Source: Candidatus Eiseniibacteriota bacterium
GTDB lineage: Bacteria; Eisenbacteria; RBG-16-71-46; JABDJR01
Direction of reading: 5' to 3'
DNA: 64,000 nt
Assembly (NCBI GenBank): GCA_963762255.1
Contig: CAVXKA010000001.1
Coordinates: 960,001 to 1,024,000 of the forward strand
Program-made: the position numbers and the translations under genes
Part shown: piece by piece, positions 46,470 to 55,777 of the stretch
How the letters are laid out: each line of letters opens with the position of its first letter
How positions within the stretch are numbered: the stretch's first letter is position 1
The notes under the pieces: model-generated
What the model saw: only the letters and a program-made list of their open reading frames with translations
Told to the model about the DNA's origin: nothing
Databases searched by the model: none

Positions 46470-47693
46470 TCACTCGGGGTTGTCCTCGCTCTGCGCGCCG
46501 GCCCGCGCGTCGTAGTAGGCCTGCTCGGTTTCCATCTGCTTCCGCTTGATGCGCAGGAGCTCCACGCGAAGCTCGGCGTCGGCGACTTGCGCTTGCAGCG
46601 CGGCCAACTCACGCGCGGCCGCCTCGTCGCCGCCGGCCCCGTCGATTCGTGCCATGAGGTCGAGCCGTAGCTGCAGCGCCGCCTGGACCCGCTTGCGCCG
46701 GGCGTGGACATCGTCCACCCGCGCGCGCAGCGACTCGATGTCCGGGGCGCCGGCAAGCGTGGCGACGATGGCGGGCGTGAACGCTTCGAGGCGGTCGAGC
46801 CGCGGCGCAAGCGCGTCCGCGTGCTCTCCGAAGAGCAGCGTGGGCACCGGGTTCCATGTGTGGCTCTTCGTGCTCAGATCCTCGACGTTGCCGTGATCGC
46901 TCGTCACCAGCAGCGTAGTGTGGTCGAGGTCCGTGCCCGCCAGCGTCGCGGCCAGGAATCGCTCCAACTTCACCAGCTCGTGCGCCGCGCGCGCGCGGTC
47001 CCGGGCGTGGCCGGCCTTGTCCGTCTGGAAGAACTCGAAGAAGACGAAGTCGAACTCGCCGGCGGCACGGGCAAGGATGGCTCCGGCCTCTTCCGGCGTG
47101 CGGAGCGGGATGTCGTAGCCCTTTGCCCGCGCGCTGTCGTGAGTGATGTCATGGTAGACGGCGCGGCCGGCCCGCAGGTCGTCCACCGTCCGAAACGGCG
47201 CGCCGCCCGCGCGATTGGCCCACGTGGTGGCGCTCATCCCCTTGGTCCACACCTCGTCTCCCAACTCGAAGAAGAGCGGGCGATACGCGTTCAGAAACGC
47301 CACGCGCTTTCCCGCCTCCGCCAATTGCTTGAACACGGAGGCGCGCATGAGCATCTGCCGCAGCCTGGGCGACGGGTAGCCGTAGAGATGCCGGCCGATC
47401 GCCTCGGCGGCGTTCTCGCCGGTGAGCAGCGTCGTCTGACCGGTGGCACTTTGGGGAAGGCCGGGGAGCCCCAACGAGGCGTCGGTGGCGCGCACCAACC
47501 CTGAGTACGGGAGAGGCGTCGCGCGAAGAACCTCGGGGAATTCACCCGGGCGCCCACCGCCTTCCGGCGGACGCCACCCCCGGGGCAGGAAGTTGGCCAG
47601 GAGCCTGAGATCGGGGTGACGCAGGGGATTGGAATCCGCCTCGGCATCGCCGAGCCCGATGCCGTCCACGAAGACGAACACGATGCGGCTCAA
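46470..47693 (-). CDS. Alkaline-phosphatase-superfamily metalloenzyme (iPGM/phosphopentomutase-like) with a C-terminal coiled-coil extension
   Basis: FVFVDGIGLG, GLPQSATGQT, TDKAGH, TSDHGNVED, HTWNPVP; TTG start after GAGGAGG. Confidence 0.8.
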   Translation of the reverse strand: MSRIVFVFVDGIGLGDAEADSNPLRHPDLRLLANFLPRGWRPPEGGGRPGEFPEVLRATPLPYSGLVRATDASLGLPGLPQSATGQTTLLTGENAAEAIGRHLYGYPSPRLRQMLMRASVFKQLAEAGKRVAFLNAYRPLFFELGDEVWTKGMSATTWANRAGGAPFRTVDDLRAGRAVYHDITHDSARAKGYDIPLRTPEEAGAILARAAGEFDFVFFEFFQTDKAGHARDRARAAHELVKLERFLAATLAGTDLDHTTLLVTSDHGNVEDLSTKSHTWNPVPTLLFGEHADALAPRLDRLEAFTPAIVATLAGAPDIESLRARVDDVHARRKRVQAALQLRLDLMARIDGAGGDEAAARELAALQAQVADAELRVELLRIKRKQMETEQAYYDARAGAQSEDNPE

Positions 47694-47816
47694 CCGGAAC
47701 CTCCTCGGATGGCGCGCCGACCGATCCACGGGCGGCACGCGAGGCCGCGAGTCTATCACCGGTCTTCGTGAATGAGACATGACCGCCGCGCGCGGGCGTG
47801 GTATAACAGCGCCTTC

Positions 47817-49157
47817 ATGCTTCGCACCGAGCGCGCACCCGAGCCACCGGAACATGGGTCCGTCCACGGCATCCACCTCCGTGAGGGGAGGTTTAGCGAT
47901 GCCGAGGCTTTGGCGCCTCCGGAATGGGTGCTTCGCGGCGCCCTCTACTCGATCTACCCGCGCGCGTTCTCGCCCGAAGGCACCCTTGCCGCGATCCTCC
48001 CCCAGCTCGGTCGCATCGCCGAACTCGGTGCCTCCGCGCTCTGGCTGTTGCCGATTCATCCTATCGGCGTCGAGGGTCGGAAGGGGACGCGAGGATCCCC
48101 CTACGCGGTTCGCGACTACCGCGCGGTGGATCCCGCGCTGGGCACACTGGACGACTTGCGACGGCTCGTGGACGCCGCGCATGCCCGCGGGCTCAGGGTG
48201 ATCATCGATTTCGTGGCCAACCACGCCGCCCCGGATCATGTGCTCGCAGGCAGGCATCCGGAGTGGCTGGCCCGCGACGGCCGTGGGCGGGCGGCTCGGC
48301 GCGTTCGGGAGTGGACCGACGTGGCCGATTGGCGGTTCGATGCCGAGGGCGTCGCGGAATACCTCGCCGAGAGCGCGGCCTACTGGGTTCGGGAGGCGGG
48401 GATCGACGGCTACCGGTGCGACGTGGCCGGTATGGTCCCGAGGGCCCTCTGGAGCGAGGTGCATCGCCGGCTCACCGCGATCCGCCCCGACCACTTCATG
48501 CTGGCCGAGTGGCAGGATCCCGAACTGCACACGATCGCGTTTCACGCCTCGTACGACTGGGCGCTCTACCGTGCGGTGCGGGACACGGTTCAGGGCCGGG
48601 CAAAGGCGTCCGCCGTGCGGGACGCGCTGAGACTCTGGACGGACAACTTCCCGTCTCGGGCCTTGCCGCTGCGATTCGTCGAGAACCACGACGAGCCGCG
48701 CGCGCTGACCAGCCTGGGCCGCACGCACCTCGGCGCCGCCGCCGCGGTGGCGATGCTCTCCGGAGGTCTGCCGCTTGTCTACAACGGACAGGAAGTCGGC
48801 GCTGCGCACCGGCCAAGTCTCTTCGAGGCGGAGCCGATCGTCTGGTCCGCGGTCGATTCTTCGTCCGGAGACATGGTCCGGGCCCTGCTCACGTTGCGCC
48901 GAAACGACCCCTGGGGTGTTGGGCCGGCGGTGCCGATCGAGACCGAGGCGCCGGAATCGGTGGCGGCCTTCGCCCGAAACGGTGTCACGCACCGGGGTGT
49001 GGTGATCGCAAATCTTGGAGGGCGCGAGGAGACCGTCCGTCTCGATGCCTTCGTCGCGGCGGGTCCCTTCCGTGCGATTCTAGGCTCGCCGGAGTCCTGG
49101 GAGCCGGGCCGCCCCCTGAAGCTCGCGCCGGGGGGCACTTGGGTGGGGGTGGCATGA
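47817..49157 (+). CDS. GH13 alpha-amylase family glycoside hydrolase
   Basis: WLLPIHP, GSPYAVRDY, DFVANH, DGYRCDVA, MLAEW, ENHDE, YNGQE. Start uncertain; an extended -10 (TGGTATAAC) lies just upstream. Confidence 0.9.
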   Translation: MLRTERAPEPPEHGSVHGIHLREGRFSDAEALAPPEWVLRGALYSIYPRAFSPEGTLAAILPQLGRIAELGASALWLLPIHPIGVEGRKGTRGSPYAVRDYRAVDPALGTLDDLRRLVDAAHARGLRVIIDFVANHAAPDHVLAGRHPEWLARDGRGRAARRVREWTDVADWRFDAEGVAEYLAESAAYWVREAGIDGYRCDVAGMVPRALWSEVHRRLTAIRPDHFMLAEWQDPELHTIAFHASYDWALYRAVRDTVQGRAKASAVRDALRLWTDNFPSRALPLRFVENHDEPRALTSLGRTHLGAAAAVAMLSGGLPLVYNGQEVGAAHRPSLFEAEPIVWSAVDSSSGDMVRALLTLRRNDPWGVGPAVPIETEAPESVAAFARNGVTHRGVVIANLGGREETVRLDAFVAAGPFRAILGSPESWEPGRPLKLAPGGTWVGVA

Positions 49158-49999
49158 GAACGGGCACGCGCCCGCGCGCGGGGATTCTCGATCGCGTGCT
49201 CGAGCGGTGGCAGATGGCGCCGCCGGCGGCTCCCACGGTCGATGCACTGGATGAACTGCACGCTGCGTACCTGCGCAACGTCCCGTTCGAGAACGCCACG
49301 AAGCTGATCAAGGCGGCGCGGGTCATGTCTCCGGATGCCGCCATTCGGGGACCGGTAGAGTTCTGGGAAGACCATCTCCGTTGGGGAAGCGGTGGGACGT
49401 GCTTCGCATCGAGCTACGCCTATCAGTTCCTGCTTCGTTTCCTGGGGTTCCAATGCCAGCTCATATTTTGCCATCTACCAGCAGAAAAACCGCAGGCCCA
49501 CACCGCGCTCGCCGTGGAGATCGGGGACACTCGTTGGCTGGTGGACGTGGGCTATGCACTTCCAACGCCGGTCGCGCTGCCGACCGGGCTCACCGTGCTG
49601 CGCACGACACCGCTCTACGACATCGAGATCCGCCGGGGACCGCACGACGAGTGCCTTCTCTTCACCGAGGATGATCGCGGGCAGCGGTTTCGCTATCGGT
49701 TCGTTCCACGCGCCGTGTCCGAGGGGGCCTATCTCGGAGCCTGGCGCGAGTCGTTTCGTCTCGAGACCCCGTACATGCGTCGGCTGGCCCTCGGCCGCTT
49801 CCGAGCCGGAGCCCGGTACCTCTACAAAGAGCCCGGACGGGTCTTCGCCATCAGCCGGCAGGGGGAGGAGACTATCGCCCTGAGCGGACCGGAAGCGACG
49901 GCGGTCGCCGCCTTCTTTCAATTCCCGGAAGTACTTGTAGATAGCGCTATTACAGCCATGAATCGTCTGGGTTCCCTGCGCCTTCGCCCCACTGGATAA
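49154..49999 (+). CDS. Arylamine N-acetyltransferase family protein
   Basis: VPFEN, GGTCF (Cys), AHTAL (His), LVDVG (Asp) triad; ATGA overlap with the GH13 gene. Confidence 0.85.
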   Translation: MRTGTRPRAGILDRVLERWQMAPPAAPTVDALDELHAAYLRNVPFENATKLIKAARVMSPDAAIRGPVEFWEDHLRWGSGGTCFASSYAYQFLLRFLGFQCQLIFCHLPAEKPQAHTALAVEIGDTRWLVDVGYALPTPVALPTGLTVLRTTPLYDIEIRRGPHDECLLFTEDDRGQRFRYRFVPRAVSEGAYLGAWRESFRLETPYMRRLALGRFRAGARYLYKEPGRVFAISRQGEETIALSGPEATAVAAFFQFPEVLVDSAITAMNRLGSLRLRPTG

Positions 50000-50052
50000 G
50001 TGACTTCCAGATTCCCTTGTTGACCTGAAGGTACGAGATTCCGTATCGTCCT

Positions 50053-50078
50053 TATGAGATTGAGACTACGTCTCAACA
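50053..50078. promoter_or_regulatory. Fur-box-like inverted repeat upstream of fur-feoB
   Basis: TTGAGAC-TAC-GTCTCAA (50060-50076) with an overlapping ATGAGA hexamer, just before RBS AGGAGAGG. Confidence 0.7.
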
Positions 50079-50091
50079 AAGGAGAGGTGCG

Positions 50092-50607
50092 ATGTCCGGA
50101 CTGCATTCAGAACTCAGCGGCGTAAGCGGCGCGGTGGGGGACACCCCCCTCGCTCGGTTCGAGATCTACCTGCGCGAGCACAATCTCCGGCTCACTCAGG
50201 AGCGCCAGTCCGTACTCGACGTGGTTCTGAGCCGTGAGGGGCATTTCGATGCGGACAGCCTGCTGCAGTTCGTCCGCCAGCGCCGTGAAGGGAAACGCGT
50301 GAGCCGGGCGACGCTCTACCGCACGCTCGAGCACTTGCGCGCGGCCGGCTTGGTGAAGATGCACCGTTTCGGACCGGGTCAAGCCCTCTACGAGCATGTC
50401 TACAATCGCCTGCACCACGACCACATGGTTTGCGATTCCTGCGGCCGGGTGGTCGAGTTCGTGAGCGACGAGATCGAGCGCCTGCAAGAGGACGTCTGCC
50501 GGGAGCACGGCTTTCGCCCCGGCAACCACGTCATGCAGATCTTCGGGATCTGCGCCGAATGCGCCGCAGGAAACGTCTCAGGAAACGGGGAGGACGCGCG
50601 GCGGTAG
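50092..50607 (+). CDS. fur: Fur family transcriptional regulator
   Basis: LRLTQER, VSRATLYRTL, HHDHMVCDSCG, C-terminal CAEC. Confidence 0.9.
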   Translation: MSGLHSELSGVSGAVGDTPLARFEIYLREHNLRLTQERQSVLDVVLSREGHFDADSLLQFVRQRREGKRVSRATLYRTLEHLRAAGLVKMHRFGPGQALYEHVYNRLHHDHMVCDSCGRVVEFVSDEIERLQEDVCREHGFRPGNHVMQIFGICAECAAGNVSGNGEDARR

Positions 50608-50631
50608 GGACTTCCTGCCAACGTCTACGCG

Positions 50632-52728
50632 ATGAGCGGCATCAGCGAACCCATTCCCGCAGCTTCGGGCCTTGCCCCGGCTCGGCGCCCGGACGCGGCG
50701 CGCGGGGCGGGGCGCGTCGTGCTGATCGGCAATCCCAACGTCGGCAAGAGCGTCATCTTCGGGCTTCTCACCGGTCGCTACGTCACCGTCTCCAACTATC
50801 CGGGCACCACCGTCACCGTGACTCGGGGCAAGACCCGGATTCACGGGGAGACTGCGGAGATCATCGATACCCCGGGCGTGAACAGCCTGGTGCCGATGTC
50901 GGAGGACGAGCGGGTTACGCGCGATATCCTTCTCGACGAGCCCGCCGAAGCCGTGGTGCAGGTCGCGGATGCCAAGAACCTCCGTCGCGCGCTCCTCATC
51001 TCGTCGCAGCTCGCGGAGATGGGAGTCCCTTTCGCGCTCGACCTCAACATGACCGACGAAGCGGGTGAGCTGGGGGTGGAGATCGATCGCGACCTGCTCT
51101 CCGCGATGCTCGGGGTAGAGGTCGTGCGCACGGTGGCGGTTCGGCGGAAGGGATTCGACGATCTTCGCCGCGCGCTTCGGCAGCAACGGCGCTCCTCCCT
51201 CGTGGTCGAGTATCCCGCGGCGATCGAGGAGGCGATCCTCCGGCTCGCGCCGCATCTCCCCGATACGCATCTTGCCCGGCGGGGACTTGCCGTCATGCTT
51301 CTCTCCGGGGACGATACGCTTCTGGATTGGCTCTACCGCACGGGCGGCGCGGCCTCCGTGACCGCCGCGGAGGCCATCCGCCGGGAAACGCAGACCCGAC
51401 TCCACGAGCCCTTGAGCGCCGTCATCACTCGGAGCCGGCTGGAGGCGGTGGACGGTGTGGTGCGGGCGGTGGAGATCAGGCCGCGCAGGCGGCGCGGCTC
51501 CCTGCTCGACCGCGCCGGATATCTGGCCATGCATCCGGTTTGGGGCGTCCCGGTGCTCCTCGCCGTGCTCTTCGTCATGTACCAGTTCGTCGGTGTGTTC
51601 GGCGCGGGAACCGCGGTCAACTTCCTGGAAAGCAAGCTCTTCGGCCAGGTCCTGAGCCCCTGGGCCATCCACGCCGCCGACTTCCTCCTCCGTTTTCCGC
51701 ACCAGCACCTCATGGAGGGCGGGGTGATTCTGCCCGACTACACCCTGACCGCGCAGGCGCTCACCGGAAGCGAGCGCGTGGCCGCTTTCTTTCACGACTT
51801 CTTCGTGGGGCCCTACGGTCAGGTCACGATGGCGCTCTCCTACGCCATCGCACTCATTCTTCCGATCGTAGCCACCTTCTTCATCGCCTTCGGGCTGCTC
51901 GAGGACTCCGGGTATCTCCCGCGGCTTGCGGTGATGGTGAATCGCCTGTTCCGCGCGATGGGGCTGAACGGCAAGGCGGTCCTTCCGATGGTTCTGGGCC
52001 TGGGGTGCGACACCATGGCCACCCTCACCACCCGCATCCTCGAGACCAAGAAGGAACGCATCCTGGTCACTCTACTGCTCGCCCTCGGAGTGCCCTGCTC
52101 GGCCCAGCTCGGAGTGATCCTCGGGATGATCCGGTCGCTCTCGCTCGGGGCCACGATGGTGTGGGCGGGGTCGGTGGCGGCCACCATGTTTCTGGTGGGC
52201 TGGATCGCCGCCCGGGTCGTGCCGGGGCAGACCTCCGACTTCATCCTCGAACTCCCGCCCATCCGGCGTCCTCAGCTTGGCAACATCGTCGTGAAGACCC
52301 TGGCGCGCATCGAATGGTACCTGCGCGAGGCCGTCCCCCTCTTCCTGCTGGGCACGCTGATCCTGTTCGCTGTGGACCGACTCCACCTCCTTGGCGTCAT
52401 CGAGCGGGCTGCGGCCCCGGTGGTGCAGGGGATCCTCGGCCTTCCCCCCCAGGCCGCCGAGGCCTTTCTCATCGGGTTCCTGCGCCGCGACTACGGAGCC
52501 GCCGGTCTCTACAATCTCTCCCGCGACGGACTTCTCGATCCGGTGCAGCTCATCGTATCGATGGTCACCATCACCCTCTTCGTCCCGTGTATCGCCAACT
52601 TCTTCATCATGATCAAGGAGCGCGGCGCGAAGACCGCGCTCATCATGGTGGCGTTCATCGTACCGATGGCTTTTCTTGTGGGGGGGACACTCAACTGGGG
52701 GCTCCGCGCCCTGGGGATCACGTTTTGA
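50632..52728 (+). CDS. feoB: Ferrous iron transporter B
   Basis: GNPNVGKS, NYPGTTV, DTPG, NMTD; LEDSGYLPR, LGLGC, PCSAQ, FILELP, FVPCIA. Confidence 0.96.
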   Translation: MSGISEPIPAASGLAPARRPDAARGAGRVVLIGNPNVGKSVIFGLLTGRYVTVSNYPGTTVTVTRGKTRIHGETAEIIDTPGVNSLVPMSEDERVTRDILLDEPAEAVVQVADAKNLRRALLISSQLAEMGVPFALDLNMTDEAGELGVEIDRDLLSAMLGVEVVRTVAVRRKGFDDLRRALRQQRRSSLVVEYPAAIEEAILRLAPHLPDTHLARRGLAVMLLSGDDTLLDWLYRTGGAASVTAAEAIRRETQTRLHEPLSAVITRSRLEAVDGVVRAVEIRPRRRRGSLLDRAGYLAMHPVWGVPVLLAVLFVMYQFVGVFGAGTAVNFLESKLFGQVLSPWAIHAADFLLRFPHQHLMEGGVILPDYTLTAQALTGSERVAAFFHDFFVGPYGQVTMALSYAIALILPIVATFFIAFGLLEDSGYLPRLAVMVNRLFRAMGLNGKAVLPMVLGLGCDTMATLTTRILETKKERILVTLLLALGVPCSAQLGVILGMIRSLSLGATMVWAGSVAATMFLVGWIAARVVPGQTSDFILELPPIRRPQLGNIVVKTLARIEWYLREAVPLFLLGTLILFAVDRLHLLGVIERAAAPVVQGILGLPPQAAEAFLIGFLRRDYGAAGLYNLSRDGLLDPVQLIVSMVTITLFVPCIANFFIMIKERGAKTALIMVAFIVPMAFLVGGTLNWGLRALGITF

Positions 52729-52928
52729 TGCAACTCTCGTGTCCGATCTGTGGGGGTGAGCTCAAGGAGCAGGTCTCGGGGTGCGCCAAGTGCCCGATGC
52801 ACGGCGGCTGCGGGATGGTCTGTTGTGAGAATTGCGGATACGAGACGGTCGCCCCGAAATCCGTCACCGTGGACTTCCTGAAGCGCGTCTTCGGGCGCCG
52901 GCGAAAGGCGAACCATGCCGCATCTTGA
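52728..52928 (+). CDS. 66-aa Cys-rich microprotein (8 Cys) in the feo operon
   Basis: MQLSCPICGGELKEQVSGCAKCPMHGGCGMVCCENCGYETV...; ATG overlaps the feoB stop (TGATG) and the ORF overlaps the next start. Confidence 0.8.
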   Translation: MQLSCPICGGELKEQVSGCAKCPMHGGCGMVCCENCGYETVAPKSVTVDFLKRVFGRRRKANHAAS

Positions 52929-53580
52929 GTTCTTGAAGCAACCCACCGACGAGCTGCTGGAGGAGATCTGGAGCCGTGGAGAGGAAGGAGACCGCACCGT
53001 GGCTGCGCTCCTGAAGGGGAGCGCCGAAGCGGAAGCGCATGCGATCCTGGACCGCCTCGTGGGTGAAGGGCTCGTGCGGGTCGAGGGTGGCCGTTTGGCC
53101 CTCAGCCCGGCGGGTGAAGCGAGGGCTCAGGCGGTCGTGCGCAGCCATCGGCTGACGGAGCGCCTCCTCGTGGACGTACTCGGAGTCTCGAGGCAGGAGT
53201 CGGACCGCACTGCCTGTCTCATGGAGCACATTCTGAGCCCGGCGGTGACCGACGCCGTGTGCGCATTCCTCGGCCATCCCCCGACCTGTCCGCACGGGAA
53301 GCCGATTCCTCCCAGTGCCTGCTGCACGCAGCGCAAGAACGGCGTGAAAGCGGTTGTCGTGCCGCTCATGGATCTCGAGCCCGGAGCGAGCGGCCGCATT
53401 GTGTTCATGACCCCGGGCGTGCAGAAGCGTCTCGACCGCCTCGCAAGTTTCGGGGTCTTGCCCGGCACCGTGCTTGAGCTGAAACAGAAGCGTCCCGCTG
53501 TCGTGGTGGTGGTCGGGGGAACGACGCTCGCTCTCGAAGGAGACGTGGCGGGGGAAATCTACGTCCGCCGAGAGGACTGA
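52915..53580 (+). CDS. DtxR/MntR-family metal-dependent regulator fused to a FeoA domain
   Basis: RSHRLTERLL, ACLMEH, LGHPPTCPHGKPIP; C-terminal RLASFGVLPG FeoA domain. Confidence 0.88.
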   Translation: MPHLEFLKQPTDELLEEIWSRGEEGDRTVAALLKGSAEAEAHAILDRLVGEGLVRVEGGRLALSPAGEARAQAVVRSHRLTERLLVDVLGVSRQESDRTACLMEHILSPAVTDAVCAFLGHPPTCPHGKPIPPSACCTQRKNGVKAVVVPLMDLEPGASGRIVFMTPGVQKRLDRLASFGVLPGTVLELKQKRPAVVVVVGGTTLALEGDVAGEIYVRRED

Positions 53581-53724
53581 CGCCGGCTTTCCTACCTGGC
53601 CGTCACCCTTACGGACGGAGTACTCGGTGAGCGATGCTCAGGCGCCCGGGATCACGAGGTCCCCTAATCGTGGGGAAATTTCCGCGAAACATGGGTGAGA
53701 ACCGCCAAGTCTGGCGACGGGGCG

Positions 53725-53846
53725 CGTCGAACAATTTTACAGTTCCGTGCATTTTGCGGGACTCGCCGAATGGCGTAATGTGTTATAATCATTGCGGTTG
53801 AATACTCGGGCAGAGCCCTTGCGATGCAGACGGCCCGGGACTTGCA
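53725..53846 (+). promoter_or_regulatory. sigma54 promoter region of the PEP-CTERM gene: enhancer-like dyad, IHF-like site and two -24/-12 elements
   Basis: CGT-N11-ACA at 53725-53741; AT-rich TAATGTGTTATAATC near 53776; GG-N10-GC at 53809-53822 (GGCAGAGCCCTTGC) and 53832-53845 (GGCCCGGGACTTGC). Confidence 0.65.
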
Positions 53847-53905
53847 ATTCAAGGGGGTGGATTTCGCTCATGCCACTGAAGGCCCTCCTTGGAAGGGAAC
53901 GCATC

Positions 53906-54565
53906 ATGATCAAGCTTCGCGTCATCGCTCCAGTTCTCGTTATGGGAGCGCTCCTCACCGGAGTCGCCTCGGCGAGCCTCATTCCGTCCCCGATCGCGAT
54001 CGACTTTCGAGGGGCCGCGTGGGCTCCGGCCGACGGGCTTCACTCGTACACGGTCAACGGCGTGACCGCGACCGCGCTCCCCGCCCAGCCCACGGCCCGC
54101 CTGCTCTATCAGGACGGAATCGACGGACTCGGCATTCTCGGCGGCGAGATGGACGAGATCGATCTCATGGAGATCCTCCGCGTCGACATCGTGGGAGGGA
54201 AGCTCCTCACCGGGGCGTGGATCACCGATCTCTTCGGGACTCCCGACGGAGGATGCGGGGAATTCGGGCGTCTCTGGGTCAACAACGCGCTCATGTTTGC
54301 CTTCGACGGGAACTTCTCCGACCAGGCGAACGGCGAGTTCTTCATCTCCTTCGGGGGCGAGATCGACGTGACGACGGCGATATTCTTCGTGGACAACATG
54401 CGGCCGGGATGTGACCCCACCAACAACGACTTCTCGGTAGCCGGATTCACCGCCCGTCCAGCGGACACGCCGGACACGCCCACCGTGCCCGAGCCCACGA
54501 CCCTGCTTCTCCTGGGGGGTGGTCTTCTCGGCGCCGGAGTGTTCAAGCGCCGTCGTCGGGTCTAG
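53906..54565 (+). CDS. PEP-CTERM sorting-domain surface protein
   Basis: Signal peptide ending ASA; C-terminal VPEPTTLLLLGGGLLGAGVFKRRRRV. Confidence 0.92.
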   Translation: MIKLRVIAPVLVMGALLTGVASASLIPSPIAIDFRGAAWAPADGLHSYTVNGVTATALPAQPTARLLYQDGIDGLGILGGEMDEIDLMEILRVDIVGGKLLTGAWITDLFGTPDGGCGEFGRLWVNNALMFAFDGNFSDQANGEFFISFGGEIDVTTAIFFVDNMRPGCDPTNNDFSVAGFTARPADTPDTPTVPEPTTLLLLGGGLLGAGVFKRRRRV

Positions 54566-54597
54566 AGGGTCCAGGCTTCCCCGTCTCGCGCCCGCGC

Positions 54598-55650
54598 CTA
54601 GAGAGAAGGTTTGGGCTCCGAGCGCTGCCGCAGCGGTTGCCCCATCTCGTCCAACGAGGATGGGGCTTCCGCATATCCCTCGGGATGGCGGCGCATGAAG
54701 TCGTAGGCCGACCGGATGATGTCGTCCAAGTCCCGCTTGGGCGACCAGCCGAGTACCGCGCGGGCCTTCGCGTTCGAGGCCACCAGCACCGCCGGATCTC
54801 CCGGCCGGCGCGGGCACAGACGGTGCGGTACCTTGAGCCCGGTCACGCGCTCCACCGCCTGGATCACCTCCAGCACCGATGTGCCGGTCTCGGTGCCCAA
54901 GTTGAGCGCGACGCTCTCGCCTTCCTGCTCGAGGTAATTCAGGCCGCGCAGGTGCGCCTCCGTGAGATCCTGAACATGGATGTAATCCCGAATGCAGGAA
55001 CCGTCGCGGGTCGGGTAGTCGGTCCCGTAGACGTCGAGCGCGGTGTCCTCGAGAATCGCCGCCTTGAGCGCGAGCGGGATCAGGTGGGTCTCCGGGCGAT
55101 GGTCTTCGCCGAGTCCCGCCGAGGCCTCGGCGCCCGCCGCGTTGAAGTAGCGGAATGCGACGAAGCGGATGCCGTAGGCATGAGCGGCATCCGCGAGCAC
55201 CCGCTCGCACATTGCCTTGGACCAACCGTAGGGGTTGATGGGTCCCACCGGATGGGCCTCACTGATGGGCACCTCGCGGGGCTCTCCGTACATGGCGGCG
55301 GTGGAGGAGAGAATGAAGCGGGGGACCCCGACCTCGATCGCGGCGTTGAGCAGGCTGATCGTACCCGCCACGTTGTTGTGGTAGTACTTGAGCGGGTTCT
55401 CGACCGACTCTTTCACCGAGCAGAAAGCGGCGAAGTGCATGATCGCGTGGGGGCGATGGCGACGCATGAGCGATCGAACCGCGCCCCGGTCGGCGACGTC
55501 GACCTCGATCAGCTCGGTGTCCTGCACCGCGGCGCGATGACCCTCACTCAGGTTGTCGAGAATGACCACGCGATAGCCGGCGCGCAGCAGCGCCAGCACC
55601 ATATGGCTCCCGATGTAGCCGGCGCCGCCGGTGACGAGGACAGAGTTCAT
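54598..55650 (-). CDS. galE: UDP-glucose 4-epimerase
   Basis: VTGGAGYIGSH, HFAA, SSTAAMYG, NPYGWSK, RYFNAAGA, DGSCIRDYIHV. Confidence 0.95.
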   Translation of the reverse strand: MNSVLVTGGAGYIGSHMVLALLRAGYRVVILDNLSEGHRAAVQDTELIEVDVADRGAVRSLMRRHRPHAIMHFAAFCSVKESVENPLKYYHNNVAGTISLLNAAIEVGVPRFILSSTAAMYGEPREVPISEAHPVGPINPYGWSKAMCERVLADAAHAYGIRFVAFRYFNAAGAEASAGLGEDHRPETHLIPLALKAAILEDTALDVYGTDYPTRDGSCIRDYIHVQDLTEAHLRGLNYLEQEGESVALNLGTETGTSVLEVIQAVERVTGLKVPHRLCPRRPGDPAVLVASNAKARAVLGWSPKRDLDDIIRSAYDFMRRHPEGYAEAPSSLDEMGQPLRQRSEPKPSL

Positions 55651-55777
55651 GGTTTGACCCTTGCGAAGTCGGTGGCCGACACAAAGGACCCGCACATGAG
55701 CGACTGCGGGTTCCGCGCGGCGCGTATTATCTTACCGGGTTTTCGACCGGATTTCCCGTTCTGTTAGGAGGAAGCTG

